NCBI GenBank assembly: GCA_965223155.1
Contig: CBDCVR010000015.1
Span: 224,001-288,000, forward strand
Reading direction: 5' to 3'
Source of the DNA: Candidatus Multivoradales bacterium
Lineage (GTDB): Bacteria > Acidobacteriota > Thermoanaerobaculia > Multivoradales > JAHEKO01
Length of the DNA stretch: 64,000 nucleotides
Each line of letters opens with the position of its first letter. The stretch's first letter is position 1. This document shows, in pieces, positions 1 to 10,044 of this stretch. The notes under the pieces are model-generated. The model was not told the DNA's origin, searched no databases, and saw only the letters and a program-made list of their open reading frames with translations. A program made the translations under genes and the position numbers.

Positions 1-99
1 GATCTGCGCAACATCTACGACCTCGACCGGATGTCCACCACCGGGTTCACCTACATCTCGGTCGGCCGCCCGGACATCGGTCGCGACGCCACCAACTAG
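1..99 (+). CDS. ugd: UDP-glucose 6-dehydrogenase, C-terminal fragment (partial)
   Basis: Frame 1 reads [24 protein letters not shown]...*, the typical UGDH C-terminus (D.RN.Y...GF.Y..VGR). It lies directly upstream of uxs. Confidence 0.8.
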   Translation, partial: DLRNIYDLDRMSTTGFTYISVGRPDIGRDATN

Positions 100-106
100 C
101 TTTCGG

Positions 107-1047
<941 letters not shown>

Positions 1048-1051
<4 letters not shown>

Positions 1052-1329
1052 CCGGCACCGCCTGGACCTGTGTGCGTTGCGCGGCCCAAGCCGAGCCGCT
1101 TGCCCGGCCCCCGGTACCCGGCAAGGTGGGCGACGAGATCGCCGCCAAGGTCTGTCCGAGCTGCTGGAGGGAGTGGGAACAGGCCGAGGTCATGGTCATC
1201 AACGAGCTTCGGCTAAACTTCATGGATCCCGGAGCCCAGGAAGTCCTGGAGCGCCACATGCGTGACTTTCTGATGCTGGACGGCGGCACCCCGTCCGCGC
1301 TGCCGATGGACGCAACTCCGAACCACTAG
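1048..1329 (+). CDS. YggX-like Fe(II)-trafficking / oxidative damage protection protein
   Basis: PP.PG..G..I...VC..CW.EW......INE.RLN pattern. Start overlaps the uxs stop (ATGA). Confidence 0.75.
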
Positions 1330-1342
1330 CGCCCCAAGGTTC

Positions 1343-2053
1343 TTGTCAGCCTCCTCGGATCCGGCCGCTTCCGTTCCGTCGCTGCGCCGCACCATCCTGC
1401 GTGGCGCTCTGCTGGCGGGTGTGCTGGCAGCCTCGGTCTTGATCGCGCGGCTGACGCCGGTCGGCGACTGGCTGCAAGGCGAGACCCTGACACGCTGGCT
1501 TACGACCTACCGCTCGCACCCCCTGGCCCCGCCGCTGTTCATCGCCGCGTTCACTGTGTTCGGAGTCGTCGGTTTTCCGGTCAGCCCGCTGATGGTCGCC
1601 GGCGCGGTGGTCTTCGGATTCCTGCGCGGCTGGGCCCTCAACTTCACCGGCGCACTCGCGGGAGCGCTCGCGGCCTTCTTCGTCGGGCGCTGGTTGGGCG
1701 GCGACACCATCCGCGCTCTGCTGGGCCCCCGCCGTACCGAGCGCTTGACGGAGATCTGGGAACGGCACGGCTTCGGAACCCTGTTCCGAGCCCGGCTGCT
1801 GCCGATCCCGTTCCCGATGATCAACTACGGCGCGGCCCTCGTTGGCACCCGACCCAGGACCTACGTGGTGGCCTCCGCGCTCGGCCTCGCGGTCGGAGTC
1901 GGTATCTACACCTATCTCTTCGACGCCATGTTCCGCGCCGCCCTGGGCGAGGGCCGGCAGCCGATCCTGCGTGCCGGCACGGCAATCATGCTGATGATGG
2001 CGTTGAGCTTTCTGCCGGGGCTCTTGCGGCGGCGGCGGAGCGCTTCAGGATGA
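1343..2053 (+). CDS. TVP38/TMEM64 (DedA/VTT) family membrane protein
   Basis: Multiple hydrophobic helices; RLLPIPFPMINYGA motif. Confidence 0.8.
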   Translation: MSASSDPAASVPSLRRTILRGALLAGVLAASVLIARLTPVGDWLQGETLTRWLTTYRSHPLAPPLFIAAFTVFGVVGFPVSPLMVAGAVVFGFLRGWALNFTGALAGALAAFFVGRWLGGDTIRALLGPRRTERLTEIWERHGFGTLFRARLLPIPFPMINYGAALVGTRPRTYVVASALGLAVGVGIYTYLFDAMFRAALGEGRQPILRAGTAIMLMMALSFLPGLLRRRRSASG

Positions 2054-3048
2054 TCAGGATCTCGCTACCGGATGTTCTCGTCACGTTGGCTCTGGTCGCA
2101 CCGGCGACCGCTGCCGCCCAAGCGCCCGCGGAGCTCGAGCGCGCCGAGGCCCTGCTCGCGGGGGATGCTGTGGAGGAAGCGCTGACGATCCTGAACCGCT
2201 GGGTGAAGAAGCGTCCGAAGGACGCCCACGGCCTCTTCCTGCAGAGCACGGCTCTCTTCATGAGCGGCGAGGTCGAGCGCGGGCGGAAGGCCTTGGAACG
2301 CTCGCTCGAGCTTGACCCTGAGCGCCGCCAAGGCTGGCTCAACCTGGCCGCGGTAGCCATGTCCGAGGCCGACCACCGATCGGCCTTGTCCCACTTCGAG
2401 CGCGCCGAGATCCTCGATCCGCAAGCCAACGACAACGACCTCAACATCGGCACGGTGTTGCTGCTCTTGGATCGGGACGACGCCGCTCGAGCGCGTTTCC
2501 AGCGCTTCTTGGACCGCCATCCAGGCGACGCCGAGGCGCTCTACCGAGTGAGCTCCAACCATGCAGTCGCCAACAAGGCCAGTGGCGCTCTCCAGCTCCT
2601 GCGCCATGCGATCTCGGTCGACGAGCGCATGCGGGCGCGAGCGCGACGCGACCCCAGCTATGCCTCGCTCGAGGCTGTGCCGGCCTTCCAGCACCTGCTG
2701 GCGACCGACACCTTCGTGCCGCCGCCCGGTTCCTCGCGCTCGTCCCACGTCTTCGAAGCCCCCTACCAGGCCGGCCGGGGCAGCATGCTCAATGCCGTGA
2801 TCGGAGCGCTCCAGATCTCAGCCGAACCCTTCGATCCCCAAGTCGAGGTCACCGAGGCCTGGGCCCTCTTGTGGGGGCGCGTCCGAATCAAGGTGAGCGC
2901 CGCGGACTCCGCTCGCAGCCGGGTCGAGCTGAGCGCGCCGCCGGGACGCTTCCCGCCCCCCGAGTGGACCCAGCTCACCGACCGGTTGTTCCGCGAGATC
3001 ACGGTCCTGCTCCATACCCGCCAGAAGACCTCTCCCGGCGACGGCTGA
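2050..3048 (+). CDS. Secreted tetratricopeptide-repeat protein
   Basis: Signal peptide (ATAAAQ) followed by TPR-like helices (ALERSLELDP, FERAEILDP). Confidence 0.7.
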   Translation: MIRISLPDVLVTLALVAPATAAAQAPAELERAEALLAGDAVEEALTILNRWVKKRPKDAHGLFLQSTALFMSGEVERGRKALERSLELDPERRQGWLNLAAVAMSEADHRSALSHFERAEILDPQANDNDLNIGTVLLLLDRDDAARARFQRFLDRHPGDAEALYRVSSNHAVANKASGALQLLRHAISVDERMRARARRDPSYASLEAVPAFQHLLATDTFVPPPGSSRSSHVFEAPYQAGRGSMLNAVIGALQISAEPFDPQVEVTEAWALLWGRVRIKVSAADSARSRVELSAPPGRFPPPEWTQLTDRLFREITVLLHTRQKTSPGDG

Positions 3049-3181
3049 CCGGCTCCGCGGACCGCCGCCACCGCAAAGGGGCTGACGCACCCAGCGCACC
3101 TATACGCGACGGTTCGCGGGCGTCACCATCGCTACGTCGAAGGCTCCGACGGACCGGCCGAACCTCGGTCAGACGTGCAGG

Positions 3182-4315
3182 CTAGAGACGGAGCAGCGCC
3201 GCCCCCCAGTGCAGCCCGGCACCGAGCGCGGAGAACGCTACCAGCGATCCGGGTTCCGCCTTGCCCGCCGCCCGCGCCTCGTGAAAGCAGATGGGCAAGG
3301 TTGCCGAGGTCGTGTTGCCATATTTCTGGATGTTGTTGTGCACGCGCTCGTCCGGCAGCTTGAGCGCCCGCTGTGCGGCCTCGTTGATCCGCAGGTTCGC
3401 CTGGTGCATGACCAGGAGATCCACGTCGGCGAGCTCCAGGCCCTGCTCGTCGAGAAGCTCGGACGTGACTCGCGGCATGCGGGTCACCGCCAGCTTGAAG
3501 ACCTTGCGGCCGTCCATCACCGGCACGGAATCGCCCGCAGCGATCATGGCGGCGTCCACCCAGGGCCGGGAGGCGGAGCCGGCGCCGGGCACGTACAGAA
3601 TGTCCTTTTCCGCTCCCTCGCCGCGCAGCCGGGTGCCCAGAATCCCCCGCTCGGTATCGGCCTCGGCCTGAAACACCATCGCGCCGGCGCCATCGCCGAA
3701 CAGAACGATCAGGTGCCGGTACCCGGAGTTCCAAGCGAACTCGTCCTCGGACAGTGGCACGGGACGCTCGCCGAGCAGCGTTTCCCACGTCGCCTCACTG
3801 AAGGGCAAGAGCGCCGAGTGGACGTCGGTTCCGACCAGGAGCACGGTACGGGCGATGCCGCTCCGAATGAGGCCGTCCACGACTTGCAGGCCGTAGGCGA
3901 AGCCGGCGCACTGCTGCCGGATGTCGAGCGCCGGCAGGGCGTCGAGGCCCAGGCCGTGCTGGATGAGCGTGCCCGCGCCCGGGAAGTAATGATCCGGTGT
4001 CATGGTCGCGCAGACGAGGTAGTCGACCTCTCCGGCCTCGAGATCGGCGTCGGCCAGCGCCGCTCGTGCGGCCCGCACCCCCAACTCCGACGAGCCCGTA
4101 CCCGGTTCGACGTAGTAGCGGGTCACGATGCCGCTCCGTTCGCGAATCCACGCGTCGTTCGTATCCATGACCCGGGCCAGCATGTCGTTGGTGACCTCGA
4201 CCTCCGGGATCGCCATCCCCGAACCACGCAACACCGCCCGGGGCAATCCGTCACCTGGCCTCATAGCGTTCGGCACGGACGCACGGTCCCCCTCGTTCCC
4301 AAGGCTCCCCCGCAT
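3182..4315 (-). CDS. fabH: 3-oxoacyl-ACP synthase III family protein (true start may be further downstream)
   Basis: Catalytic triad motifs QQCAGF, HQAN and YGNT; also LFGDGAGA and GAGLHWG. Confidence 0.88.
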   Translation of the reverse strand: MRGSLGNEGDRASVPNAMRPGDGLPRAVLRGSGMAIPEVEVTNDMLARVMDTNDAWIRERSGIVTRYYVEPGTGSSELGVRAARAALADADLEAGEVDYLVCATMTPDHYFPGAGTLIQHGLGLDALPALDIRQQCAGFAYGLQVVDGLIRSGIARTVLLVGTDVHSALLPFSEATWETLLGERPVPLSEDEFAWNSGYRHLIVLFGDGAGAMVFQAEADTERGILGTRLRGEGAEKDILYVPGAGSASRPWVDAAMIAAGDSVPVMDGRKVFKLAVTRMPRVTSELLDEQGLELADVDLLVMHQANLRINEAAQRALKLPDERVHNNIQKYGNTTSATLPICFHEARAAGKAEPGSLVAFSALGAGLHWGAALLRL

Positions 4316-4321
4316 CGCCGC

Positions 4322-4975
4322 CTACCTGGGCTCGTCCACGCCGCGCCGGCGCAGTAGCCGGGAATCGCGCCGCCTTTGGTGCCGAACCGTCAGATCGCCT
4401 CGCCGCGAGAACGCATACTCCGTGGCGGGTCGCTCGCCGTGCAAGCCCACGACCTCCTTGCGGTCGTACTTCCAGATCTCGACGGTCGCTCCCAGGGGGC
4501 CGTCCTCGCGCTCATAGGACTGCGACTCGGGAGGCCCGAACAGGACGTGGAGCACCCCGCGCGGTGTCCGCCTGCCAAGGTGGAGGCCCTCGGTGTAGAG
4601 GCGGTCGGCCTCGGCCGCGCGGACTTCGAAGACGTCGCGCGGCTGCTCGCCCGGCCAGGGCCGCTCGGGATCCTTGCGCCGCTGCCAGAACTCGTCGATG
4701 AAAGCCCGGGCCTCGTCGTCGTCGACCAGCGTCAGATAGGCGCGGCGCTCCTCGGCCGAGGCGATCTCGCCGACCGCCCCCACCAGCCACTTGGCAAGAT
4801 CGGGAGCCAGGAGAACGTTCACAAGCGCCTCGTCGCGCTCCTTCTTGCCCCGCCCTTCGGCCGCGAAAGACACGGCCAGAGCCAAGAACACCGCCAAGGC
4901 TGGAGCCCAGACGTTCCTACCGCTTGAGCAGGTCAAGAAACTCCTCGCGCACCGGTTTCTGCAAGAAGGCTCCAC
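4322..4975 (-). CDS. GWxTD-domain-like exported protein (start uncertain, probably near the folE stop)
   Basis: FIDEFWQRRKDP...EADRLY...G.RT.RG...VLFGPP...E.W.Y pattern; hydrophobic signal-like segment. Confidence 0.7.
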   Translation of the reverse strand: MEPSCRNRCARSFLTCSSGRNVWAPALAVFLALAVSFAAEGRGKKERDEALVNVLLAPDLAKWLVGAVGEIASAEERRAYLTLVDDDEARAFIDEFWQRRKDPERPWPGEQPRDVFEVRAAEADRLYTEGLHLGRRTPRGVLHVLFGPPESQSYEREDGPLGATVEIWKYDRKEVVGLHGERPATEYAFSRRGDLTVRHQRRRDSRLLRRRGVDEPR

Positions 4976-5546
4976 GCAGCGCCGAGGTCACGGTCAGCAC
5001 TCCGGGCTTCTTGACTCCACGCATCTCCACGCACAGGTGGCGCGCCTCGATCACCACCATCGCGCCCCGCGGCTCGAGCCGTTCCTCCAAGTACCCAACC
5101 ACCTGTTCGGTAAGCCGCTCTTGCAGCTGCGGCCGCCGGGCATAGAAATCCAAGATCCTGGCGAACTTGGACAGTCCGATGATCTGGCCTCTCGGTATGT
5201 AGGCGATGTGCGCCTTGCCGTAGAACGGCACCAGATGGTGGGCACACATGGAGTAGAACGGAATGTCCTTCTCCATCACCATATGCTGGTAGTTCTCTTC
5301 GTTGGGAAACGTCGTCACCGCCGGCTCGCTGGCGCTGTCAAGGCCCCGGAACATCTCCAGATACATCCGCGCCACGCGCTCGTCGGTGCGCCGCAAATTG
5401 GGGTCCGCCGGGTCCAGGCCCAGCTCTTCGATGAGCGCACGCACGTGCTTGGCGATGCGCTGGACGCGAGCCTCGTCGGCTGCCCCGCCCCCGGCCACGA
5501 CAAGAGAAGGAGCGGGCGCTACGGCGTCGGATGGGTCGGCTGGCAT
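4917..5546 (-). CDS. folE: GTP cyclohydrolase I
   Basis: Motifs SMCAHHLVPFYG, GLSKFAR, RPQLQERLT and HLCVEMRGV. Start set at MPADPSD. Confidence 0.93.
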   Translation of the reverse strand: MPADPSDAVAPAPSLVVAGGGAADEARVQRIAKHVRALIEELGLDPADPNLRRTDERVARMYLEMFRGLDSASEPAVTTFPNEENYQHMVMEKDIPFYSMCAHHLVPFYGKAHIAYIPRGQIIGLSKFARILDFYARRPQLQERLTEQVVGYLEERLEPRGAMVVIEARHLCVEMRGVKKPGVLTVTSALRGAFLQKPVREEFLDLLKR

Positions 5547-5642
5547 GATCGATCCTCTAGGTCCGTGATTCGAAGGGGCAAAGCGTATCGCATCGTAGGT
5601 GGCGCGGCGCCCTGCCGGTATACTCGGGCGCGGGAGGCAGAG

Positions 5643-5873
5643 ATGGACATCAAGATCGAATACTGCGTCGTCTGAAACTACTATCCGCGTGCCGCCGGTC
5701 TGGCGGATTCCATTGAGAGTCGTTTTGGCATCCGGCCCGAGCTCATCAAGGGCAGAAACGGAGTCTTCGAGGTGTCGGTGGACGGCGCCAACGTCTATTC
5801 CAAGAAGGCCACCGGCCGCTTCCCCGAGGATGGCGAGGTGGAAGAGGCCGTAGCCGACCACGTCGGCGGCTAG
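5643..5873 (+). CDS. Rdx (SelW/SelT/SelH) family selenoprotein with in-frame UGA read as Sec (CxxU)
   Basis: GGAGG SD, then MDIKIEYCVV-TGA(5673-5675)-NYYPRAAGL...GVFEVSVDG...YSKKATGRFP. Rdx homology continues through the UGA. Confidence 0.9.
5676..5708 (+). promoter_or_regulatory. Putative bacterial SECIS element
   Basis: Stem CCGCC (5692-5696) / GGCGG (5702-5706) with apical loop GGUCU, 21 nt after the UGA. The E. coli fdhF SECIS loop also contains GGUCU. Confidence 0.75.
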
Positions 5874-5933
5874 AAGCCGAGCTCGATCCGACGCCAGACG
5901 AGGCCCGTCTGGCCAAGTCGTCCCTTCCGACCT

Positions 5934-7166
5934 TCAGCCGCGAGGCTCGCGAGCCCGCATTTGAGCCACGACCTCGATGTGCCCCGTCTGCGGGAACATG
6001 TCGATGAAGACGAGCTCTTCGAGCTCGAACGACGGCGACAGCCGGCGCAGGTCGCGCGCCAGGGTGGCGGCATGACAGGACACGTAGGTTAGGCGCGCCG
6101 GCTGGACCAAGCCCAAGCGCGAGACGACCCGAATCGAGAGGCCCGTCCGCGGGGGATCGACCAGGACCCGATCACAGGGCTTGAGGTCGCCGACCCAGGA
6201 GTCCACCGCCGAGCCGACCACGTCGACCGGCAGCTTGCCGCGACGGGCGTTCCCGCGAGCGTAGCGAACCGCGATCTTGTCGGACTCGACGGCGGTCACC
6301 CGCTCATAGCGCACCGCCAGCGGCAGCGAGAACAGGCCGACGCCGGCGTAGAGATCGACTGCGCTCTTCCCCGACCACGTCCCGACCGCGGCCTCGACCA
6401 GCCGCTCGGTCAGCGTGTCATGTGCCTGGAAGAAGCAGCGGGCATCGTACCGATACTCGAAATCCCCGATCCGGCGGCGAACGGCACCGGTGGGCAGTCC
6501 ATCGAGAGCCGGTGCGGTCGTTACGCGCTGGCTGCCGATGGCGACGTCCAGCCGGTTCGGCACCCGCTCCATCTCCTGCCGGGCGAGACCCAGTGCGAAC
6601 CGTTCAAGCCGCGGCTCCAGCACCGGACACGCGGAGACCGGCACCAACTGGTTGGAGCCGCGGGCGAAGTAGCCAACCCGGGGAGCTTCCGGGCTCGGCT
6701 CGAGATGCAACTGGGCACGTAGACGATATCCCTGGGGCTTGCCGCGAACCACGCGAACGGGCACGTCCGCGTCAATCCGTCCCAACCGCACCAAAGCCTC
6801 GTGCGCGGCGCGCACGCGCCACTCCGTCTGGAGCGTGTCCTCCAGGTGCTGCAGATCGCAGCCCCCACACGATCCAAAGTGCTCGCACGGCGGCTTGCGC
6901 CGCCCCGGACCCGGACGCAGGATCTCCAGGATCCGACCTCGAGCGTAGCGCGGACGCCGATCCACGACTTCGACAAGCAGCCGGTCACCCGGAGCCGCCA
7001 GCGGCACGAACACCGGGATCCCGTCCGCTCTGCCCAAACCGTCGCCGCCGGCCACGATCTTCTCGATCTCGAGCTCGAGACGATCTACCTCGGCCAATGC
7101 CTTGGCGACTCGCTTGCCGCTCGGGGCGCGGCAGCCGTCACGCGTGGAGCCCGGCCCGTAGGTCAA
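5934..7166 (-). CDS. TRAM-domain 23S rRNA (uracil-5)-methyltransferase, RlmD/TrmA family
   Basis: TRAM N-terminus, C.HF..CGGC Fe-S motif, FFQ, DLYAGVG, DPPR.G, YVSC, DMFPQT.H.E. Confidence 0.88.
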   Translation of the reverse strand: MTYGPGSTRDGCRAPSGKRVAKALAEVDRLELEIEKIVAGGDGLGRADGIPVFVPLAAPGDRLLVEVVDRRPRYARGRILEILRPGPGRRKPPCEHFGSCGGCDLQHLEDTLQTEWRVRAAHEALVRLGRIDADVPVRVVRGKPQGYRLRAQLHLEPSPEAPRVGYFARGSNQLVPVSACPVLEPRLERFALGLARQEMERVPNRLDVAIGSQRVTTAPALDGLPTGAVRRRIGDFEYRYDARCFFQAHDTLTERLVEAAVGTWSGKSAVDLYAGVGLFSLPLAVRYERVTAVESDKIAVRYARGNARRGKLPVDVVGSAVDSWVGDLKPCDRVLVDPPRTGLSIRVVSRLGLVQPARLTYVSCHAATLARDLRRLSPSFELEELVFIDMFPQTGHIEVVAQMRAREPRG

Positions 7167-7981
7167 ACCAGGAGCTCCAGGCGTGGCCGCAGGTCGGAGA
7201 GCCTAGCCGCAAGCAGATCGCGAAACTCGGATTCGCGATGGCGGCGGCTGAGATGGCACAGCACTAGCACTTCGTTGTCGAAAAACTCCTGGCGTTCGAC
7301 AAGGTCGTCCAGGTGTAGGTGGCCGAACTGGCGAGCACTCTCGCGGGTCGCGTCGGAAGCGAACGTGCACTCCAAGAGCAAGTACCGGCTGCGGTACACC
7401 CGCGGCTCGGTGTCGAAGACCGCCGCTCCGGTGTCGCCGCAATAGGTGAGCCAGAGCTCGTGCTCCACCTCGTCGACGGACTCGCCTCGGGCACGCCGGG
7501 CGGCGATCTCGGGCCCGGACAACGCGCGGAGATCCTCGCGGAGACGGCGCCGCTCGCGGAGCAGGTGGCAGCCGAGAGCCGAGGTTCCGTGATCGACAGC
7601 GAACGCCTCGAGCTCGAACCCCTTGCCGAGCGCGACCGTCTCGCCCGGGAGGATCGGAACGATCTCCACTTCCAGCTCGCGGCCCTCGAGCCGGCCGGCG
7701 GCGGCGACCAGCTCGGCCAGCGGACCGGCAACCTCGGGGTGCGTGTAGACGGTCAGCGTGGACAGGCCCTGGCCGCGCCGCTGTGAGGCGATCCAGGGCA
7801 ACCCGCCGGCGTGATCCAGATGTCCGTGGGACAGGAAGACTCGGGGCACGCCAACGAGCTCGGGCGCACCACGGCCGGCGTCCAGCCCCAGAGCGGGAGG
7901 GTCGATGCGGAACCAGGTTTGCTGGCCTGCCCGGGATCGTCCGCGGACCCGGAGGCTATCGAGCTCGAGCGAGCGTGCCAT
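7163..7981 (-). CDS. MBL-fold metallohydrolase, RNase Z-like
   Basis: Motifs SHGHLDHAGG, YCGDT, LECTF, HLH and HLSRR. Confidence 0.8.
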   Translation of the reverse strand: MARSLELDSLRVRGRSRAGQQTWFRIDPPALGLDAGRGAPELVGVPRVFLSHGHLDHAGGLPWIASQRRGQGLSTLTVYTHPEVAGPLAELVAAAGRLEGRELEVEIVPILPGETVALGKGFELEAFAVDHGTSALGCHLLRERRRLREDLRALSGPEIAARRARGESVDEVEHELWLTYCGDTGAAVFDTEPRVYRSRYLLLECTFASDATRESARQFGHLHLDDLVERQEFFDNEVLVLCHLSRRHRESEFRDLLAARLSDLRPRLELLV

Positions 7982-8003
7982 CGTGCCCGATTCCGCGAGC
8001 CGG

Positions 8004-9065
8004 CTAGATCTCCTGATAGAGCCACCTGCCCAGCGGCTCCAGTCGCTTCTTGACGCTCGCCGGGTCCGGATCGATCAGCCACAACGCGGCGGCCACCGAG
8101 GACAGAAGGGAGTTGCCGTCCTGAGGAGTAAAGCAGAATCCGTAGAGCTCCCGCCCGTGGCGGACGGTGAGGGTGGGCAATACCACGACGGTCTGGGAGA
8201 GGATCCGCCCGTAGTAGCCGTGGTCCCGGCCAAAGCTGAAGACGACGTTGGCCTGCTGCTTGTCGGTCACCGCGACGCGACGGTTGTCGTTCAGACGCTT
8301 GGTGATCTCTTCCAGGGTCACGTCCCGCGAGAACAGCATCCGGAACCAGATCGAGTGCATGTACTGCGTATTCAGCTTGGCAGCGCTCGAGAACAGGTTG
8401 AAGTCGAGGTTCAGCGTCTTGAACAGCGAATGGGCATCCCGAGCGTGGTGCGTGCCGAACTCGGAGTCCCCGTGGCTCCCCAAGAACGGGGCCGGGATGA
8501 ACTTGGACGCCTGGGTCACGTCATTGGCCCGGCGCATACAGACAAAGGTTCCCTGGTCCAGGCAGTAGCCCGACTCGTCCTCGCACAGGGTGCGGATCAG
8601 GGTTGTGATGTTGTGGGTGTTGCAGGACACGATCTGCAGAAAGCGGTCCTGTCCCGGTTCCAGCGCCTCGTCGTTCACGCCGCGAGCGTAGGGTTTGCCA
8701 AAGCCGAACTCGCTGCCTTGGGCAAGGTACCCTTTGGGACCTTGAATGTCCTGGTAGAAGGCCTCCTTGTTGGCGTTTCCCGCAGGGGTGCAATCGATGA
8801 CCACCGTCGCCCGCTCGATCGCGTCACGGGCCTCGAGCGAGACCTCGTGGCCCAACTCCTCGAAATCGGCCCGGCGATCGGCATCGACCGCGAGCCGCGC
8901 TCCCCGATCCATCAGGTGCTGGATCCGGGAGCGGTCCGACCGCAAGGGCGTCCGCTTGTGAAAGGTGACCTCGTCGATTCCCATCTTGTCTCCAAGGTCA
9001 GCGAACAACCCGATCAACGGCTCGCCGATCGTTCCGGTACCGACAATGTGCACAGTCGTCGTCAT
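8004..9065 (-). CDS. Class II (archaeal-type) glyceraldehyde-3-phosphate dehydrogenase-like protein
   Basis: VGTGTIG, VIDCTPAG, QGSE, IVSCNTH, MRRAND and THHARD resemble archaeal GAPDH motifs (GYGTIG, DCTP.G, QGGE, VVSCNT, RR..D, HH..D). Confidence 0.7.
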   Translation of the reverse strand: MTTTVHIVGTGTIGEPLIGLFADLGDKMGIDEVTFHKRTPLRSDRSRIQHLMDRGARLAVDADRRADFEELGHEVSLEARDAIERATVVIDCTPAGNANKEAFYQDIQGPKGYLAQGSEFGFGKPYARGVNDEALEPGQDRFLQIVSCNTHNITTLIRTLCEDESGYCLDQGTFVCMRRANDVTQASKFIPAPFLGSHGDSEFGTHHARDAHSLFKTLNLDFNLFSSAAKLNTQYMHSIWFRMLFSRDVTLEEITKRLNDNRRVAVTDKQQANVVFSFGRDHGYYGRILSQTVVVLPTLTVRHGRELYGFCFTPQDGNSLLSSVAAALWLIDPDPASVKKRLEPLGRWLYQEI

Positions 9066-9080
9066 GGCATCCTCGCGAGG

Positions 9081-9323
9081 CTAGCCGCCACCTGCGTGCC
9101 TCGCTCCTCCTCTCCATTCTGGATCCCGGCGCGCGAACTCGTCGAGCTCGGCCGGTACCTCGAGCAGCGTGCGGGTGACGGCCGGCTCGCAGGTGTCGTT
9201 TTCACATTCATAGGTATAGACGTTGAACTCATCGCCGCGCTCGAAGCCCAGCAGCGTCTGGTAGGTATCGCACTGTCCGCACTTCACCGAAAAACTGCGG
9301 ATGTTGACCATCGTCTGCGTCAC
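9081..9323 (-). CDS. Small Cys-rich (Zn-ribbon-like) hypothetical protein
   Basis: CGQC...CENDTC motif; tightly packed between tlpA-like and the GAPDH-like gene. Confidence 0.65.
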   Translation of the reverse strand: MTQTMVNIRSFSVKCGQCDTYQTLLGFERGDEFNVYTYECENDTCEPAVTRTLLEVPAELDEFARRDPEWRGGARHAGGG

Positions 9324-9351
9324 CGCACCTGGCCCGAACGCCGCCGGAGCG

Positions 9352-9885
9352 TCAGAGACTCCCCGCCGCCGGCGCCTCGGACAGGATTTCGGTAAGGCTA
9401 TTCCTCAAGATCGACGCTGGGGTCACCCCTTCTCGCCGAAACACGACGCGCCCCTCGGGATCCAGCACCACGATTGTGGGCAGAATCAAGATTCCGTGCT
9501 GAGCGGCCATCGTTTCCTGCGCATCGAGCAGGACGGGGAACGGGAACTCTTCCTTGTCCTCCAAGAACTCTCGCACGGTCTCCTCCGGCTCTCCGACGTC
9601 GATCGCCAGAAAGGTGACGCCGTCATCTGGCCCCAGACCGGCGGCTACCTCCTCGAGAGCCTGATGCTGCACCACACAGGGCAGGCACCAGGTCGCCCAG
9701 AAGTCCAGCACCAGGAACTGGTCCGGGAAATTCGCTCGACTCACCTGCTCGCCGTTGAGCGAAGTCAGCTCGAAGTCGTAGGCCTGGCCGCGCTCCGCGG
9801 TCGAGCCCGCCGGGGAGCAGCCGCTTACCGCAACGCCCACCGCCACCAGAACAAGGCACCATGCCGGTTTCCTGAATCGCATCAT
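9352..9885 (-). CDS. TlpA-family thiol-disulfide oxidoreductase lipoprotein
   Basis: Lipobox VSGC; DFWATWCLPC; cis-Pro motif LPT. Confidence 0.85.
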   Translation of the reverse strand: MMRFRKPAWCLVLVAVGVAVSGCSPAGSTAERGQAYDFELTSLNGEQVSRANFPDQFLVLDFWATWCLPCVVQHQALEEVAAGLGPDDGVTFLAIDVGEPEETVREFLEDKEEFPFPVLLDAQETMAAQHGILILPTIVVLDPEGRVVFRREGVTPASILRNSLTEILSEAPAAGSL

Positions 9886-9971
9886 CTGGAGAGATTGACC
9901 TGGAGTCCTTGGAACGCCGATCCGGCTGCGACACCCGTCACCCGCGGACGCCAAGTGTAGACGATTCCGAG

Positions 9972-10020
9972 AAAAAAGACCGCAGGCCGCTCCCGAACTC
10001 GGACGGGGCGGCCTGCGGTC
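9972..10020 (-). terminator. Rho-independent terminator of the histone-like gene
   Basis: Inverted repeat GACCGCAGGCCGC / GCGGCCTGCGGTC followed by T6 on the minus strand. Confidence 0.85.
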
Positions 10021-10044
10021 GAAATCGAACCGTGCGGGCGGAGG

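Noticed and set aside
5673-5675. TGA as a pseudogene-causing nonsense mutation
   Set aside because: It sits exactly at the redox CxxU position and is followed by a SECIS-like hairpin.
5547-5861. N-terminal extension of folE in the ORF track
   Set aside because: It overlaps the selenoprotein gene on the opposite strand and has no FolE similarity.
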